A DNA stretch of 64,000 bases from Mobula hypostoma (Eukaryota), in NCBI RefSeq assembly GCF_963921235.1, contig NC_086097.1, positions 23,190,001-23,254,000 on the forward strand. Direction: 5' to 3'. This document shows positions 36,817-49,592 of the stretch, one piece after another. The position numbers and the translations under genes are program-made. Under the pieces are notes generated by a model. That model was not told the DNA's origin. It did no database searches and saw only the letters and a program-made list of their open reading frames with translations. Position 1 is the stretch's first letter. Every line of letters starts with the position of its first letter.

Positions 36817-36953
36817 CAGTCTTGAAGAAGGGTCTCGGCCTGAACCATGAACTGCTTATTCATTTCCATAGATGCTGCCTGACCTGCTGAGTTCCTCCGG
36901 CATTTTGTGTGTGTTACTTTGGAGTTTGAGCATCTGCGGAATCTCTTGAGTTT
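36817..36953 (+). mobile_element. Penelope terminal unit with degenerate hammerhead
   Basis: cagtctTGAAGAagggtctcggcctGAA...CATCTGCGGAATCTCTTG. Confidence 0.8.
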
Positions 36954-37204
36954 AAAGCAAGAAGTGAACCATTCGGAGGAGGGTAAACTAGGCAAGGAAA
37001 TACAGACTTGAGTGGTATTGGGGGAGTGTACTGGAACAGAGGGACGACAGTACACATGCACACTTGAAGGTAGCAACGAAGGTAAATTAAATCGTTCAGC
37101 AACCGAATATTTGCCAAAACAGAAGACTTAGGGGAAGAGGAAAAATATTTGTTTTTCAATCTCTTCGGTCGCTTCAGTTTATCTGATTGCAAACTCCACA
37201 CACT

Positions 37205-37545
37205 TCTGGAGATGCTGTCATGCCTTTTTCATAATAGCACTTGTGTGCTGAGCTGAGGACATAGTGAAATGATAACACTGAGGAAGTTAAGGTTGCTGAC
37301 CCTTTCCTCCTCTGAGTCCTTGATGAAGACTGGATCATGGACCTCCGCATTTCTCCTCCTGAGGTCAGTAATCGGCTCCTTGGTCCTGCTGACATTGAGT
37401 GAAGTTGTTGTGGCAGGACTCAGCCAGATTTTCAGTCTCTCTCCTGTACGCTGCTTCATCACCACCTTTGTCTCCATGACGATGTCAGTCCTGTTTGTGG
37501 ATCTTTACAGACAGAAGTGAACTGTGTGGAGCTGGTGCACCATGA
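37205..37545 (-). mobile_element. Rex1 RT fragment
   Basis: LNVSRTKE.I.D.RR and NLNFL.V.IS remnants. Confidence 0.7.
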
Positions 37546-37747
37546 GGTTTGAAGGGTGTGGAGGGGAGAACTCCTGTGTGAAGATCAGTCTGTATTGCTC
37601 TGGAAAATGGTGGCTTGGTACTTGCTTGCACAGTCCTGGGAAGTTATGAGGAAGTGCCTGAGATCCCCCTCACAACAAAATGCAGGAGGAACTCAATGGG
37701 TCGGGCAGAATCTCAAGTTCAAGTTTATTGTCATCTGACTGTACATG

Positions 37748-37822
37748 CAGTACTGTGCAAAAGTCTGAGGCATATATACAGTATATAGCTAAGGTGCCAA
37801 AGACATTTGCACAGCACAGTAC
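37748..37822. mobile_element. Tiny Tc1-type palindromic MITE
   Basis: CAGTACTGTGCAAAAGTCTGAGGCA...TGCCAAAGACATTTGCACAG. Confidence 0.65.
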
Positions 37823-39716
37823 TATAATCTTATGTGTGCCTCTTATCATCTTGTATACCTCTATCAATTCACCTCTCATCCTCATAAACAACCTGATCCC
37901 GATTCAGTTACAAGAGATTATACCAACCATTCATCTCGCACCTACCAATGTGGGAAAGCTGAACAGTTCAAAGGATAGCAAAGCACTTCAAACAGAAACA
38001 CAATGCATGGAAAACACAAGGTAAAATAAAACTGCAACACATCAAGGGAACCAGATATGAAGAACACAGTTTTAAAAACAAACAAGGTATTTCTTCCCTG
38101 TTGGTTTTCTCTTTGTTTAATTCGGGATTATGTCAAAGTGTTCACACTTCGTTAATCGGTGATAATGTGATTTAATACAAAATGTGGAGCTTTGTAACAG
38201 ACTCTCCTCAGATCAGAGGGGAGAGCCGATTTTGTTCACTCTTCGCAATCTTCACTCCATTCTCCAGCGCTTGGAGCCTTTCACTGTTCCAGTGTTTGGA
38301 CAATTTATACACCAGTCCAGATAGACTGAAAAGACAGTGTGCTGGTCAGGACGAGGGCCGATTTTGCTCGTTCTCCACGATGGTAATCTCTGTGGCATTG
38401 AGGCTACGAAGACTGTCCCGGGGCTAAGGCTAATATGATGAACTGATAAGCAAGGCTTTAGGCCTACTCTGGGTTGCCCCAGGGTCTGGATCTGAGGACT
38501 CAATTTTGGTTTGGAGTGCAGTTGTTGGCTTCATTTGTTTGTATGACTTTTACTTCATTTCCTTCTCTTGTGCATCGAGTATTGATCTTTTATTTTTATG
38601 TTTATTCTTTTTTTTTCTTTAAATTGAGTTCTTGTTTGTTGCCTTGTAGCTAGCTACTTGTGAGCAAGCAAATCTCAAGGTTGTATAGTTTCAACATATT
38701 TTGATAATAAATGTATTTGAATCTTGAGCAGGGGACACTAACAGATAAATAATGTGTAACACACACAAAATGCTAGAGGAACTCATCAGGTCAGGCAGCA
38801 TCTATGGAAATGAATTAGCAGTCGACGTTTTGGGCCGAGATTGGAAAGGAAGGGGGAAGAAGCCAGAATAACAAGGTGGGGGAGGAGCGGGTACAAGCTG
38901 GCAGGTAACAGGTGAAGCAAGACTGAGTGAGCACATGGTCGAAGAGTTGGCGACCAACAGAGATCAGAGAGGGAGAGCAGTGAAAGAGGGTCTCACTGAA
39001 CTCCTTCTCTACAGACATACTAGGAAGCAATTTTGCAGTGGAGCAGCAAACTATGAGCACAAATAACGGATAAAGAACGGTGACGTCCGGGCTCTAGAGA
39101 GTAATGGTTTGATTGAACGCGATATTTGGACGGAGACTCAAGTGTAGGGCCGTATTGGAAAGGTTCAATTGAGACTGTGGGCTTCTGGCCTCAGAGTGCA
39201 TTGAGGTGACTGAACACGATTTTTGGACATTGGTTTAGGCGCCGGGCCAGATTGAAAAGGTCAGGATGTCAGGTCCCGAGGCGAGGGCCGGGCCAGTTTG
39301 GGTTGCTGTTCCATGACTCGACACTGTGCTGAACTATGCTGAGCTATGGGATGTTCTTTGCAGACCAGAATGCTATTTGCTTGTGGTTATTGTCTGCAAG
39401 GTGTGTTTTTTTCTCTCTGCACGTTCAGTGTTCAATAGTCTTTTTTTATGGGATTTTTTTGTGGAAATGATGTGTTTTTCTCTGCATATTGGGTGCTCAC
39501 AGTCAATATGTTGATTTTGGGTTTCTTTCTTTCATGGCTTCCTCTTAGGAGATGAATCTCAAGTTTCTATAATGTATACATACTTCGATGTTAAAAGTAC
39601 TTTAAACTTTGAACAAATAATGGATTAAGGAGTTCAAAAGGGCAGTTAATTGCACACTGTAACAACTATACAACAGTTTAGATGTCAGCATTTCACATGG
39701 AAAATAAACTGGGAGA

Positions 39717-40252
39717 TACATGCAGTGGCCACTTTATTAGGTACAGCTGCTCAGTAATGCAAATATCCAATCAGCCAATCATTTGTCAGTAACTCGATGC
39801 ATACAAGCATGCAGACCTGGTAAAGAGGTTCGGTTGTTGTTCAGACCAAACATCAGAGTGGGGAAGGAATGTGATCAATATGACTTAGAGCATGGAATGA
39901 TTGTTGGTGGCAGATGGGATGATTTGAGTATCTCAGAAACTGCTGATCTCCTGGGATTTTCATGCACAACTGTCTCTAGAATTTACAGAGAAAGGCGTGA
40001 AAAACAAAAAAAAAATCCAGTGAGCTGGAAGTTTTGTGGGTGAAAACACCTTGTTAATGAATGAGGTCAGAGGAGAATGGCGAGATTAGTTCAAACTGCA
40101 GGAAGGTGACAGCAATTTAAATAACCATGCGTTACAACAGTGGTGTGCACCAGTGCATCTCTGAAGGCACAATATATCGAACCTTGAAGTGGATGGGTTA
40201 CAGCAGCAGAAGGCCACAGACATGTATTCAGTAGTTGCTTTCTTAGGTACAG
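39717..40252 (+). mobile_element. Non-autonomous Tc1 element with transposase N-terminal HTH remnant
   Basis: TIR CAGTGGCCACTTTATTAGGTAC; GMIVG.R...LSISETADLLGFS.TTVSRIYRE; RTLKWMGYSSRRP. Confidence 0.85.
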
Positions 40253-40929
40253 AAGGGCTAGCAGCAGGCATTCAAGCATTCTCAGTATAAGTTATCAACA
40301 TCAGGAAGGGAGGAGAGAAGAATGGGGGTAAAAGTCATAATGGCATTGATTTCTATCTGAAATAGTTATCTATTTGTTGATGTGAAGTGGAATTTCTGAA
40401 TGATGTCCTTCTCCTCTTCCTCTGCAGAAACGGGTACCATCTGCCTGCTCAGAGTGCAATTTGAAAATAATGTTCTATTATTACCTCTCCAGCTCTTCTA
40501 GAGAGAAAAATTACCTGACCTAGAAATATTATCATTCTTACTAAAAATCTGGCAGTTACGCTAACATTTCTAAGTTGCCCACTGAAGAAAATTCTCGAAG
40601 GAAGTTTTGTCCATTACCAGTAGGGACAGAGAGATGCGTGGCATTAATATGTGCTACTCTGTAACGATCCTTTGGAAATTAGACCAAACTGTGATCACGA
40701 CTGTTTGCAGGGAGTGGATGGCATTTCTGTCCACTGCAGCCTCAGGCCGAGATGGGTGACCTTCACGGTGCTCGAATTAATACTAACTAACTCAACTGCT
40801 CCTTCCCACTGCCGGGACCTGCTGCAAACCACCCATAAATCTGTTTGGAACCGGATGTCAGATTAATGGAAAGGAGTAAAGATAAATGATTACAATTAGT
40901 TACCCCATTTAACATCAAATTGTTTCTGT

Positions 40930-41470
40930 TCAGAATCAGAATCAGGTTTATTATTCCAGACATTTGTCGTGAAATTGTGAAATTTGCTGTTTTGCTGCAG
41001 CAATCCAGTGCAATGCATAACTAAAATATACTACGTGTTCCAGTAAGAATTATAAATATAATTAAATTAAATAAGTAGGGCAAAAAAGTGGGCAAAATAG
41101 TGAGGTAGTGTTTAAAGGGTTCATTGTCCATTCAGAAATCTGATGGAGGAGAGAAGCTGTTCCTAAAGTATTGAGTGTGTGCCTTCAGGCTCCTGTACAT
41201 CCTCTCTGATGGTAGAAAGGAGAAGAGGGCATGCCCTGAATGATGACGGTCCTTAATGATGTCATTTCGAAGCATTCTTTTAAAGATGTCTTTGATACTG
41301 GGGAGTCTACAGCCCATGAGGGAGCCGGCTGAGTTTACAATCCTCTGCTGCTTTTTTTCCGATCCTGTGCAGTGGCCCCTCCATATCAGATGGTGATGCA
41401 AACCAGATAGAATGTTCTCCATGGTACGTCTGTAGAAATTTGCTAATCTTTGGTGACGTGCCAAGTTTCC
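40930..41470 (-). mobile_element. Rex1 3' fragment
   Basis: LANFYRRTMENILSG..HALFSFLPS..YRSLKAHT..FRNSF; (TTCTGA)n tail. Confidence 0.85.
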
Positions 41471-41864
41471 CCAAACTACTGCTGTGGTTTTGATTTGTTT
41501 TATGTCAGACGGTTTGTTTGATGCCTGCTCGTACCCTTACTTCCGAGCTCGAGAGATTGGAACTGCCTCATCGTCAGACACGGTGGACAACCATCGTGTG
41601 AGGCAGTATTTTCCTGGCTTAGTTGGAAGTATCAGGAACCAGTGCTCACAGGTCTTCTCTGTGAACTTAAATTTGTGAATCAGAGCCATACAGTATAGAA
41701 ACAGGCCATTCAGCCCATCACAACCACACTGACCATTAGGCATCATCCATATTGATCCCATCTTCCTGTACTTGACCTTCTATGCCTAAGCAATTCAATG
41801 TTCATATATTCAGGTGTTCCAATTAGTAGTATAATACATTTTTCTGTGGATATTTGGAACATAT

Positions 41865-42041
41865 TGTGGCGAGCATTTGGTCCATAATGGCAGATGAGGA
41901 AGCTCTTTAACTCACCAACCGTTTTATTATGATAGACACAAAACAGACTGGGCACAATGACCCGGAGAGTGAACCCAACCAGATTCACACTGACGGGGAG
42001 GTGACCATCACACACCCCGGTTATAGATAGGGTAACCCACA
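41865..42041 (-). mobile_element. Possible short solo LTR
   Basis: TGTGG...CCACA termini, tttatt and ttatag in minus-LTR order; TSD poor. Confidence 0.3.
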
Positions 42042-42059
42042 AATACACAAGCTAATAAC

Positions 42060-44720
42060 TGATAGCCAGAGACTTTAGTTTTCTCTCAGGGCAGAAATAC
42101 TTAATACGAGGGTGCATAATTTAAAGGTGAATGTTGGAAGGTATGGGGTGTATCTAAGGTAAGTATTTGATATAGAAAGTGGTGGGTACATCGAATACTC
42201 TGCCAGGAGGGGTGCTAGAGGCAGGTGTGTTCAAGACATTTAAAATAAACTGTTAGATCAGCACATAGATGATGAAAAAAACAGAGGTTATGTAGAAAGG
42301 AAGGGTTAGATTGATGTTAGACTGGGTTAAAGGTCAGCACTGCATCATGGGCTGAAGGACCTGTGCTGTGCTGTAATGTTTTTTATTCTTTTATCAATGG
42401 CATATGTTGTGAAATTTGTTGTTTTGTGACAGAAGCACAGTGAAAGACATAAAAGTTACTATAATTTACAATTAAGTCAGTAAATAGCCTGGAAGAAGAA
42501 GAATGGGATACCATGGACTCATGGACATTTAGACACTGTATAGAGCCTTCCTGTACAGCAGCCATGAACTTGAGCTCTTTCAAATCTTGGTCCTCACTTA
42601 TACATAGTCCTGCTAAATATCCATCTTTGCGTCCATTTAATTGTGTTGGCTTTAAGTATAACAACACATTACCTTTCAAATACCCATTTGTGTCTTCAAT
42701 TTGTCATATGTCTTTTTCTGTCCACACCCCAGAAATGCCCTGCAGTCTTGCAGTTCTCTGCTCTTCAATCACCAAGGCCATTTGATCTATCAGGTCCATG
42801 CAGTGGAGTTCATCTGCTCTCTTTATCCCAAATTACTTTCTGTCCAAAGTCCATACAATTCCCTTTTGAAGACCTGATTGATTCAGTTTTAATCACTCTT
42901 CAAGTCAAATGTTTCTTATCATACATGTCACTGTTAATTTTCCCATAGCCATAGAGTCATATAAAAGTACAGAACAGAAACAGGCCCTTCGCCCATCTAG
43001 TCCATGCTGAACCATTTAAACTGCCTGTTCCCATTGACCTGCACAGGGCAATAGCCCTCTATACCCCTTCCATCCATGTACCGATGCAAACTTCTCCTAA
43101 ACATTGAAATCGAGTTTGTATGCACCACTTGCTCAGGCAGCTCATTCCACACTCTTGTGGACCACTAAGTGAAGAAGTTTCCCCTCATGTTCACCTTAAA
43201 CTTTTCATCTTTCACCCTTAAACCATGGCCTCTGGTTGAAGTCCCACTCAACCCTCAGTGGAAAAAACCTGCTTGCATTTACCCTATCTATATCCCTCAT
43301 AATTTTGTATGCCTGTATCAAATCTCCTCTCAATCATGTTACAAGGAATAAAGTCATAACCTATTCAATCTTTTCTTATAATTCAGGTCCTCCAGAGCCA
43401 GCAACATCCTTGTAAATTTTCTCTGTACTCTCTCAACCTTATTTATATCATAACTAATGTAAGAAAAAAAATGCAGACTTACCTTTTGTTATTCTTGAGG
43501 GAAAGTCCTAACTGGTGAGGCTCTGTATGATGAGGGAGCTTTTTGTGATGTTATGCCTTCACTGGGGTGTGAGCCTGAACAGGTCCTGTTCTCACAGGTT
43601 GAGAAAACAGAGGTCTGCAAAGCCACATCCCACTCTGGCAGCTGTCAGGGCTGTCAAAGTCTAATCAAAATATTCATAATCAATTAAACAATCATAAAAA
43701 TTCAAAGAGTGAGAAAATCAAATCTGTTAAAAATGCATAGCACTTATAAATAATTAAGAGCATCAAACAAATGCAATTCCTTCAAACAAAGTAGGTATAG
43801 GGAGAGGGTACTGAGTTATACTGAGTTACAGGGAAAGGTTGAATAGGTTAGGAGTGTAGGAGAATGAGGGGAGATGTGAGAGAGGTATACAAAATTATAG
43901 ATTGGGTAGATGCTAGCAAGCCCTAGAAATAGAGGTCAGAGGTTTAGTGTGAAGGTTTAAGGAGAATCTGAGGGGAAACTTCTTCACTCAGGGTGTGCAA
44001 GTTGCCAGCAGAAGTGGAAGATGCAGGTTCAATTAAGAGAAGGTTGGGTAGATACACAGATGAGAGAGGTATGGAGGGCTCTGGTCTGGGTGCACATAGA
44101 TGGGACTAGGGAGACACAGCTGGCATGGACTATATGGGGCAAAGTGCCTGTTTCTTTAATCTGCTGCTCTACAATGCTAAAGTAAATAGCATTATGTACT
44201 TCCTTCACTTTCATAGCCATTCCCCTCCATTTAAGTAATTGTGCTTGCTTTTCCTACAACTGATCTAAGATGATAAGGGTTCAGCAGGCATTGTAGCTGC
44301 CGGGAATTGGAACTACTTTGAGGAGTGCTGCATCAGGATGTAGCCGGGACATCGCCAGAAGGGCACAGCCAACTTTTCATACTTTCTAAGAAACACTTCT
44401 GCTTCTTGCTGTTACGGGGGATAAATCACAACAGCTAAATGAAGTACTTTTCCTTGATAGTTCTCGCCCTTTGGTCAGAATGGTCAATCATTTTCTACAC
44501 AGAGAGTGGAGAGTGCATGGAACACCCTGCCAGGGGTGGTGGTAGAGGCAAATATATTTGGGACATTTAAGAAACTCTTAGATAGACCCATGGATAGCAA
44601 AAATTGAGGGCTATATAGGAGAGAACAGTTAGATTGATCTTAGAGCAGGTTTAAGGTCAGTGAACAATGCAGACCAAGGGAACTCTACTGTACTGCACTG
44701 TACGGTATGTTATATGGTCT
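42060..44720. mobile_element. Cluster of CR1 3' fragments (42060-42380 +, 42950-43450 -, 43820-44170 +, 44490-44720 +)
   Basis: Each shows FFTQRVV/WN.LP-type remnants or CR1 terminal motifs. Confidence 0.75.
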
Positions 44721-44859
44721 ATCTTTGGAAATTTCTGGCATTACTTCTGCCGTATTTCAATTTTCTATTTTAAAATTTGTCTCAAGAGAACACAATAAAC
44801 CTGCTAATGAAATGTTTGTCACCATTTTGTCAACCCCATCCTCAGTCAATTATAGTTCA

Positions 44860-45740
44860 ACATTAACAAAATGCTGGAGGAACTCAGCAGGTCAGGCAGT
44901 ATCTATACAAAGGAATGAACAGTCAATGCTCCGAGCCGATACCCTTCATCAGGACTTGGGAGGAAGGCGAAAGATGCCAGATTAAGAAGGTGGGGAGGGG
45001 AAGGAGGACATACTAGAAGGTGATTGGTGAAGTCTGATTGCCGAAGAGTGGGGTTGGGGGGGGATGAAGGAAGATACTGGGAGGTGATAGGAGGAAAAAG
45101 TAAAGAGCTGGAGAAGAAGGAATCTGAAAATGGACCGGGGAGAAAAGGAAGGAAGAGGGACACCAATGGGAGGTGATAGGCACGTAAGAAAAAGAGGTAA
45201 GAGGCCAGAGTGGGGAATTGAAGAAGAGGGAAGAGGGAGGAGGGAAAAAAATTACCAGAAGTTAGAGAAATCGATGTTCATGCCATCAGGTTAGAGGCTA
45301 CCTGTCACTACGTTCAGATATGGCCCAAGTACAGAGCAAGAGACACTGAAGCGGGTCGATAGTTCACAGACTTTAATGCGAGCAGAGTTAGAAGGAAAAG
45401 AAAACAATAAACGCTTGACTAAACAGGGCCATTAACCAAAACTCTCAAATGGAAAATGAAGCCAACACTGCGGCTGAAAGGAATAACTAAATATAAAACG
45501 AATACCACTAGTCTTCAGAGTCAGTTGACTCAACAGTCCAATTTCTCAGGCATGGCCGAATGCAAGCAGGCAGCAAAACATTGCTGTGCTTTGCTCAAGT
45601 CTCAGCAAGTGCTACGACAAAAAGAATGGAGTTAAATACCTTTACGATGAAATTCATGAGCGCAATTGCCGTATCTGCAGCGCTACCGAATCCCTGGTTG
45701 TGACACTATCTATCCAGAATATGAGGCATTGCTCCTCCTA
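44860..45740 (-). mobile_element. Penelope-like 3' fragment split by a solo LTR
   Basis: Terminal unit, mutated hammerhead 44920-44956, purine-rich UTR; DGMNIDF coding continues after 45710. Confidence 0.85.
45303..45705 (-). mobile_element. Solo LTR, 403 bp, 5-bp TSD
   Basis: Perfect TGTCAC...GTGACA termini; CTACC/CTATC flanks; host element contiguous across it. Confidence 0.85.
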
Positions 45741-46402
45741 GTAATTATATTGATTTAATATTCTCCAGTCAATTATGTTTATTGAATCTCCACTATATTC
45801 TTCTGAAGAGAACAATATCATCATTATCTACAGTGTCTCCAAAATATCTCTAAGCATTCTCTTTGTACAAAACACATTATACGGAATATCAATCAGGAAC
45901 TTTGTATGAATATTTTTTCCCTTAGTCCAACATGAAACTAAACTGTAGTTTGTACATTCTGTCTATGAATGTGGGTTTCCTTTGGGTGCCCGGGTTTTCT
46001 TGCAGATTCTGATACGTATGGGTTCGGGGTAGTAAATTGTGGGCATGCAATATTGGCTCTGGAAGCATGCGGCCACTTGTGGGCTGCATTTCTTATACAG
46101 CGGATGATTAGCCGAGGGAATATCTAAGGCACTTGGACAGCAGTATTTTGATATTACTACATTTTGTATTGGCTGACTCAGCTGTACTCAGTACAGGTTC
46201 CACCAGGCAACATGCCATTTAACTACTTCAAACGTAGCTCACATAACCTTCAGAGGCCTGTCTGATAAACAGATCTACTTCAGAACTGCTAAGTTCTTCC
46301 CCTTATTGACGTTATAGGATCTGTTCTTTGTCATCAAAGTGAACAGAATTATATCTAAACTCAGGAACTCCACAATACTTTGCAATCCATATTTGCCAGC
46401 TA

Positions 46403-46910
46403 GAGTCATAAAGTCATAGAAATGTACAGCACAGAAACAGACCCTTCACCCCATCCAATCCATGCTGACCCATTTAAACCGTCTATCCCCATCAGCCTGC
46501 ACCTGTGCCATAGCGCTCCATACCCCTCTCATCCATATACCTGTCCAAACTTCTCTTAAACATTAAAATCGAGCAGACATGTACCACTTGCGCTGGCAGC
46601 TTGCTCCACACTCTCGTGACCTTCTGAGTGAAGAAATTTCCCCTTGTGTTCCCCTTAATCATTTCACCTTTCACCCTTAACCCATGACCTCTGCTTGTAG
46701 TCCCACCCAACCTCAGTTGGAAAAGCCTGCATTTACCCTATCGATATTCCTCAAAATTTTGTACACCTCTATCAAATATCCCCTCAATCTTCTATGGTCT
46801 GGGGAATAAAATCTTAACCTGTTCAATCTTTCCTTATAACTCAGAGTCTCTAGTCCTGGCAACATCCTTGTAAGTTTTTCCTGTACTTTTTCAACCTTAT
46901 TGATATATGT
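46403..46910 (-). mobile_element. CR1 3' fragment
   Basis: TRMLPGLE.LSYKERL, LIEVYKIL, GNFFTQKV.RVW. Confidence 0.85.
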
Positions 46911-47528
46911 TGACAAAACATTCAGACACTAAACCTCATCCTGAGTGAAAAAGATTAGAATAAATGAACATAGATAAAAGAGGCAGATAAAACCTATTAG
47001 CAGTTCTTGCATTCCCTTTCAGTATGAGGATTGGTTGTAGGATGATGCAACACTTACTCAGTTCTGCAAAGAAATAACACCTTAGATTTCAGAGATCATT
47101 TCTCTGGAGCAGGACTAAAATCTTCGGACTTTCTGGCAAGGGTGCTTTCCATAGAGCTGTGATATGGAGAGAACACTTATAAAATTGTGAAAGCCATTAT
47201 GTAAATATTTAAAAGTTTCTTTTTAGAACTTTTAAGGTGTTTAGTGGAAAGTATAAGAGTGATACCAGAGTATTTTTTTATATATACAGAGAGTGACAGG
47301 TGCATGGAATGTTATGTCATGGGTGATGACATGAAGGACATTTAACAAATTCTTCAAAGTTCAAAATTTCTAAGTTCATTTATTATCAAAGTATGTACAT
47401 TTCACCATATACTATCCTAAGATTTGTTTTCTTGCAGGCATGTACAGGAAACTAAACAAATAGAACTTATGAAAAACTATAAATAACAAGGATTGACAAA
47501 GGATCAATGTGCAAAATAAAATAAATTG

Positions 47529-48124
47529 ATTAGATTAGATTATGAGGACACGCAGTCCTCTTTTATTGTCATTTAGTGTCAATGATACAATATTCCTCCG
47601 GTGTGATATCACAGAAACACAGGACAGACCAAGACTGAAAAACTGTCAAAAACCACATAATTATAACATGTAGTTACAACAGTGTAACAATACCATAACT
47701 TGATGAAGAACAAGCCGTGAGTACGGCAAAAAATTCAAAGTCTCTTGAAAGTCCCACATCTCACGCAGACGGGAGAAGGAAGAAAACTCTCCCTGCCATA
47801 CCCAACCAAAGTCCAACTCTGAGTCGTCCGAAAACTTTGAGCTCCAACACCGAGCACCATCTCTGCCGAACGCTTCGACCTCAGCCCCGGTCACCAGCAG
47901 CAGGCAAAGCAGAGGATTTTGGGGCCTTCCTTCCAGAGATTCTCGATCGCACAGTAGCAGCGGCAACGAACCGGGCATTTCAGAAGTTAATCCAGATGTT
48001 CCTCCGTGCTCTCACGGCTGTCTCCATCAAATCAGAATTGTGCATGGCATCCTACTTACAAATACAATATCATTTCACTGGAGAGGCTATGCGCGCGCGT
48101 TGCGCTGTCATCTTCTCCTCCTCC
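47529..48124 (-). mobile_element. Young ~600-bp non-autonomous retroposon nested in a Rex1 tail
   Basis: Minus 5' end GGAGGAGAAGATGACAGCGCAACGCGCGC, CpG-rich body, AATAAA then (CTAAT)n tail. Confidence 0.7.
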
Positions 48125-49069
48125 CTAGGTGTAAATAATAAAAAATAAGTAATCAAATAATACTGAATTGTAGAGTCCTTGTAGAGTCTACAGGTTGTGC
48201 AGTCAGTTCAGCATTGAGGCGAGTAAAGTTATCCACCCTGGATCAGGAGTCTGATAGTTGAAGTGTAATCACAGTTCCTGAACCTGGTGGTGTGGGAACT
48301 AACACTCCTGTACCTCCTGCTCGAGAGAAGAGAGTCTGGCCTGAATGGCAGGGGTCCTTAACTATGGATGCTGCTTTCGTGTGGCAGCTCTCCATGTGAA
48401 GGCGTTCAGTTGTGGGGAGGTAGTAGAGAGAGGAGAGACACACAAATGACAGAAAGATAGAGGGCTATGTGGGAGAGAAGGGTTAGATAGATCTTGGAGT
48501 AGGTTAAAATGTCATCACAACATTGTGGGTCAGAGGAAGTGTACTGCTCTATGTCCTTTAAGCAAAATGATGTATTTCTCTCTGGGGTGACAAATCAAAC
48601 AGTTAAGATGTCGACGTTCTTTCTGCTGAAGTGCTGCAATCTGGTGCCTAATAAGTAACCGGAGCCCTTTTAGTCCTAACACTTCATGCAGGCCAGTGGA
48701 ACTCAAGAAGCCAGCTACTGAGTCTTCAGCCACCGCTCTTTAATTGACTAATTAACTACAATGAACAGCTGGTTGCACTTCAGCGAGTATCTCTCCTTGA
48801 ATATCCACTTCTGTGAGGTTGCATGGAAATGCTTTACTGAACTGCCTAAATTACCTTGGCTGGCATCCCTGAATTTCAAAGTGAGGGAGGTGGCTGCATG
48901 AACAAATTATGCCTGTAATGATGGAGGAGCCATTATCATTTTGATGCTGTCCTTTTACATATGCATTTGAAGTGAATGCTTAAAATAGTTTGAGTTAATT
49001 TGTTGGATGTCAGAAAATTTACCCTTCAGTGGGGTGAAAGTGCGAGTGAGCCTAACAAGTAAATAGTGA

Positions 49070-49150
49070 AGCTTTGCAGTTGTGCGCATCTTTTACAACC
49101 TTGGGATGTCCCCAGGTCCTTTTAGCTTATAAAATACTTATGAAATGCTC
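49070..49150 (-). mobile_element. Deu-domain SINE 3' remnant
   Basis: GCATCTTTTACAACCTTGGGATGTCCCA resembles the reverse SacSINE1/AmnSINE1-type end. Confidence 0.4.
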
Positions 49151-49267
49151 TTTCCTTTATAATTGTAAGTTATAACCTGCAAGGTTCCACAGCTGACAGT
49201 GTAACGATGGCCAGGCTGTCTTTTTGGAATTGTTTGTTGAAACAAATATGAAGATAATAATGGAGGG

Positions 49268-49592
49268 AGGTGGCATCATAGCACAGCGGCTGTCATAATG
49301 CCTTACGGTGCCTGCGATGGGGGGGGAGTTCCCGCTGTCATCTGTAAGGAGTTTATACTTTCTCTCCGTGACCACAAGGGTTTCCACTGGGTGCTCTGGG
49401 TTCCTCCACCATTCCGAAGACATACGGGTTAAGGTTAGTAAGTATGCTATGTTGGTGCCGGAAGCATAGCAACTCTTGTGATGTGCCCCCAGCATATCCT
49501 CAGACTGTGTTGGGCGTTGATGCAGATGAAACATTTTACTGTGTGTTTAGATGTTTTGGTGTACACGTGACAAATAAAGCTCATGTAACCTT
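49268..49592 (+). mobile_element. V-SINE
   Basis: tRNA-like head, V core GGGTGCTCTGGGTTCCTCC, GTGACAAATAAAGC tail. Confidence 0.75.

Noticed and set aside
47717..48148. 143-aa ORF in CpG-rich DNA as a gene or CpG-island promoter
   Set aside because: Antisense to a tailed retroposon; the CpG content is better explained by a young insertion
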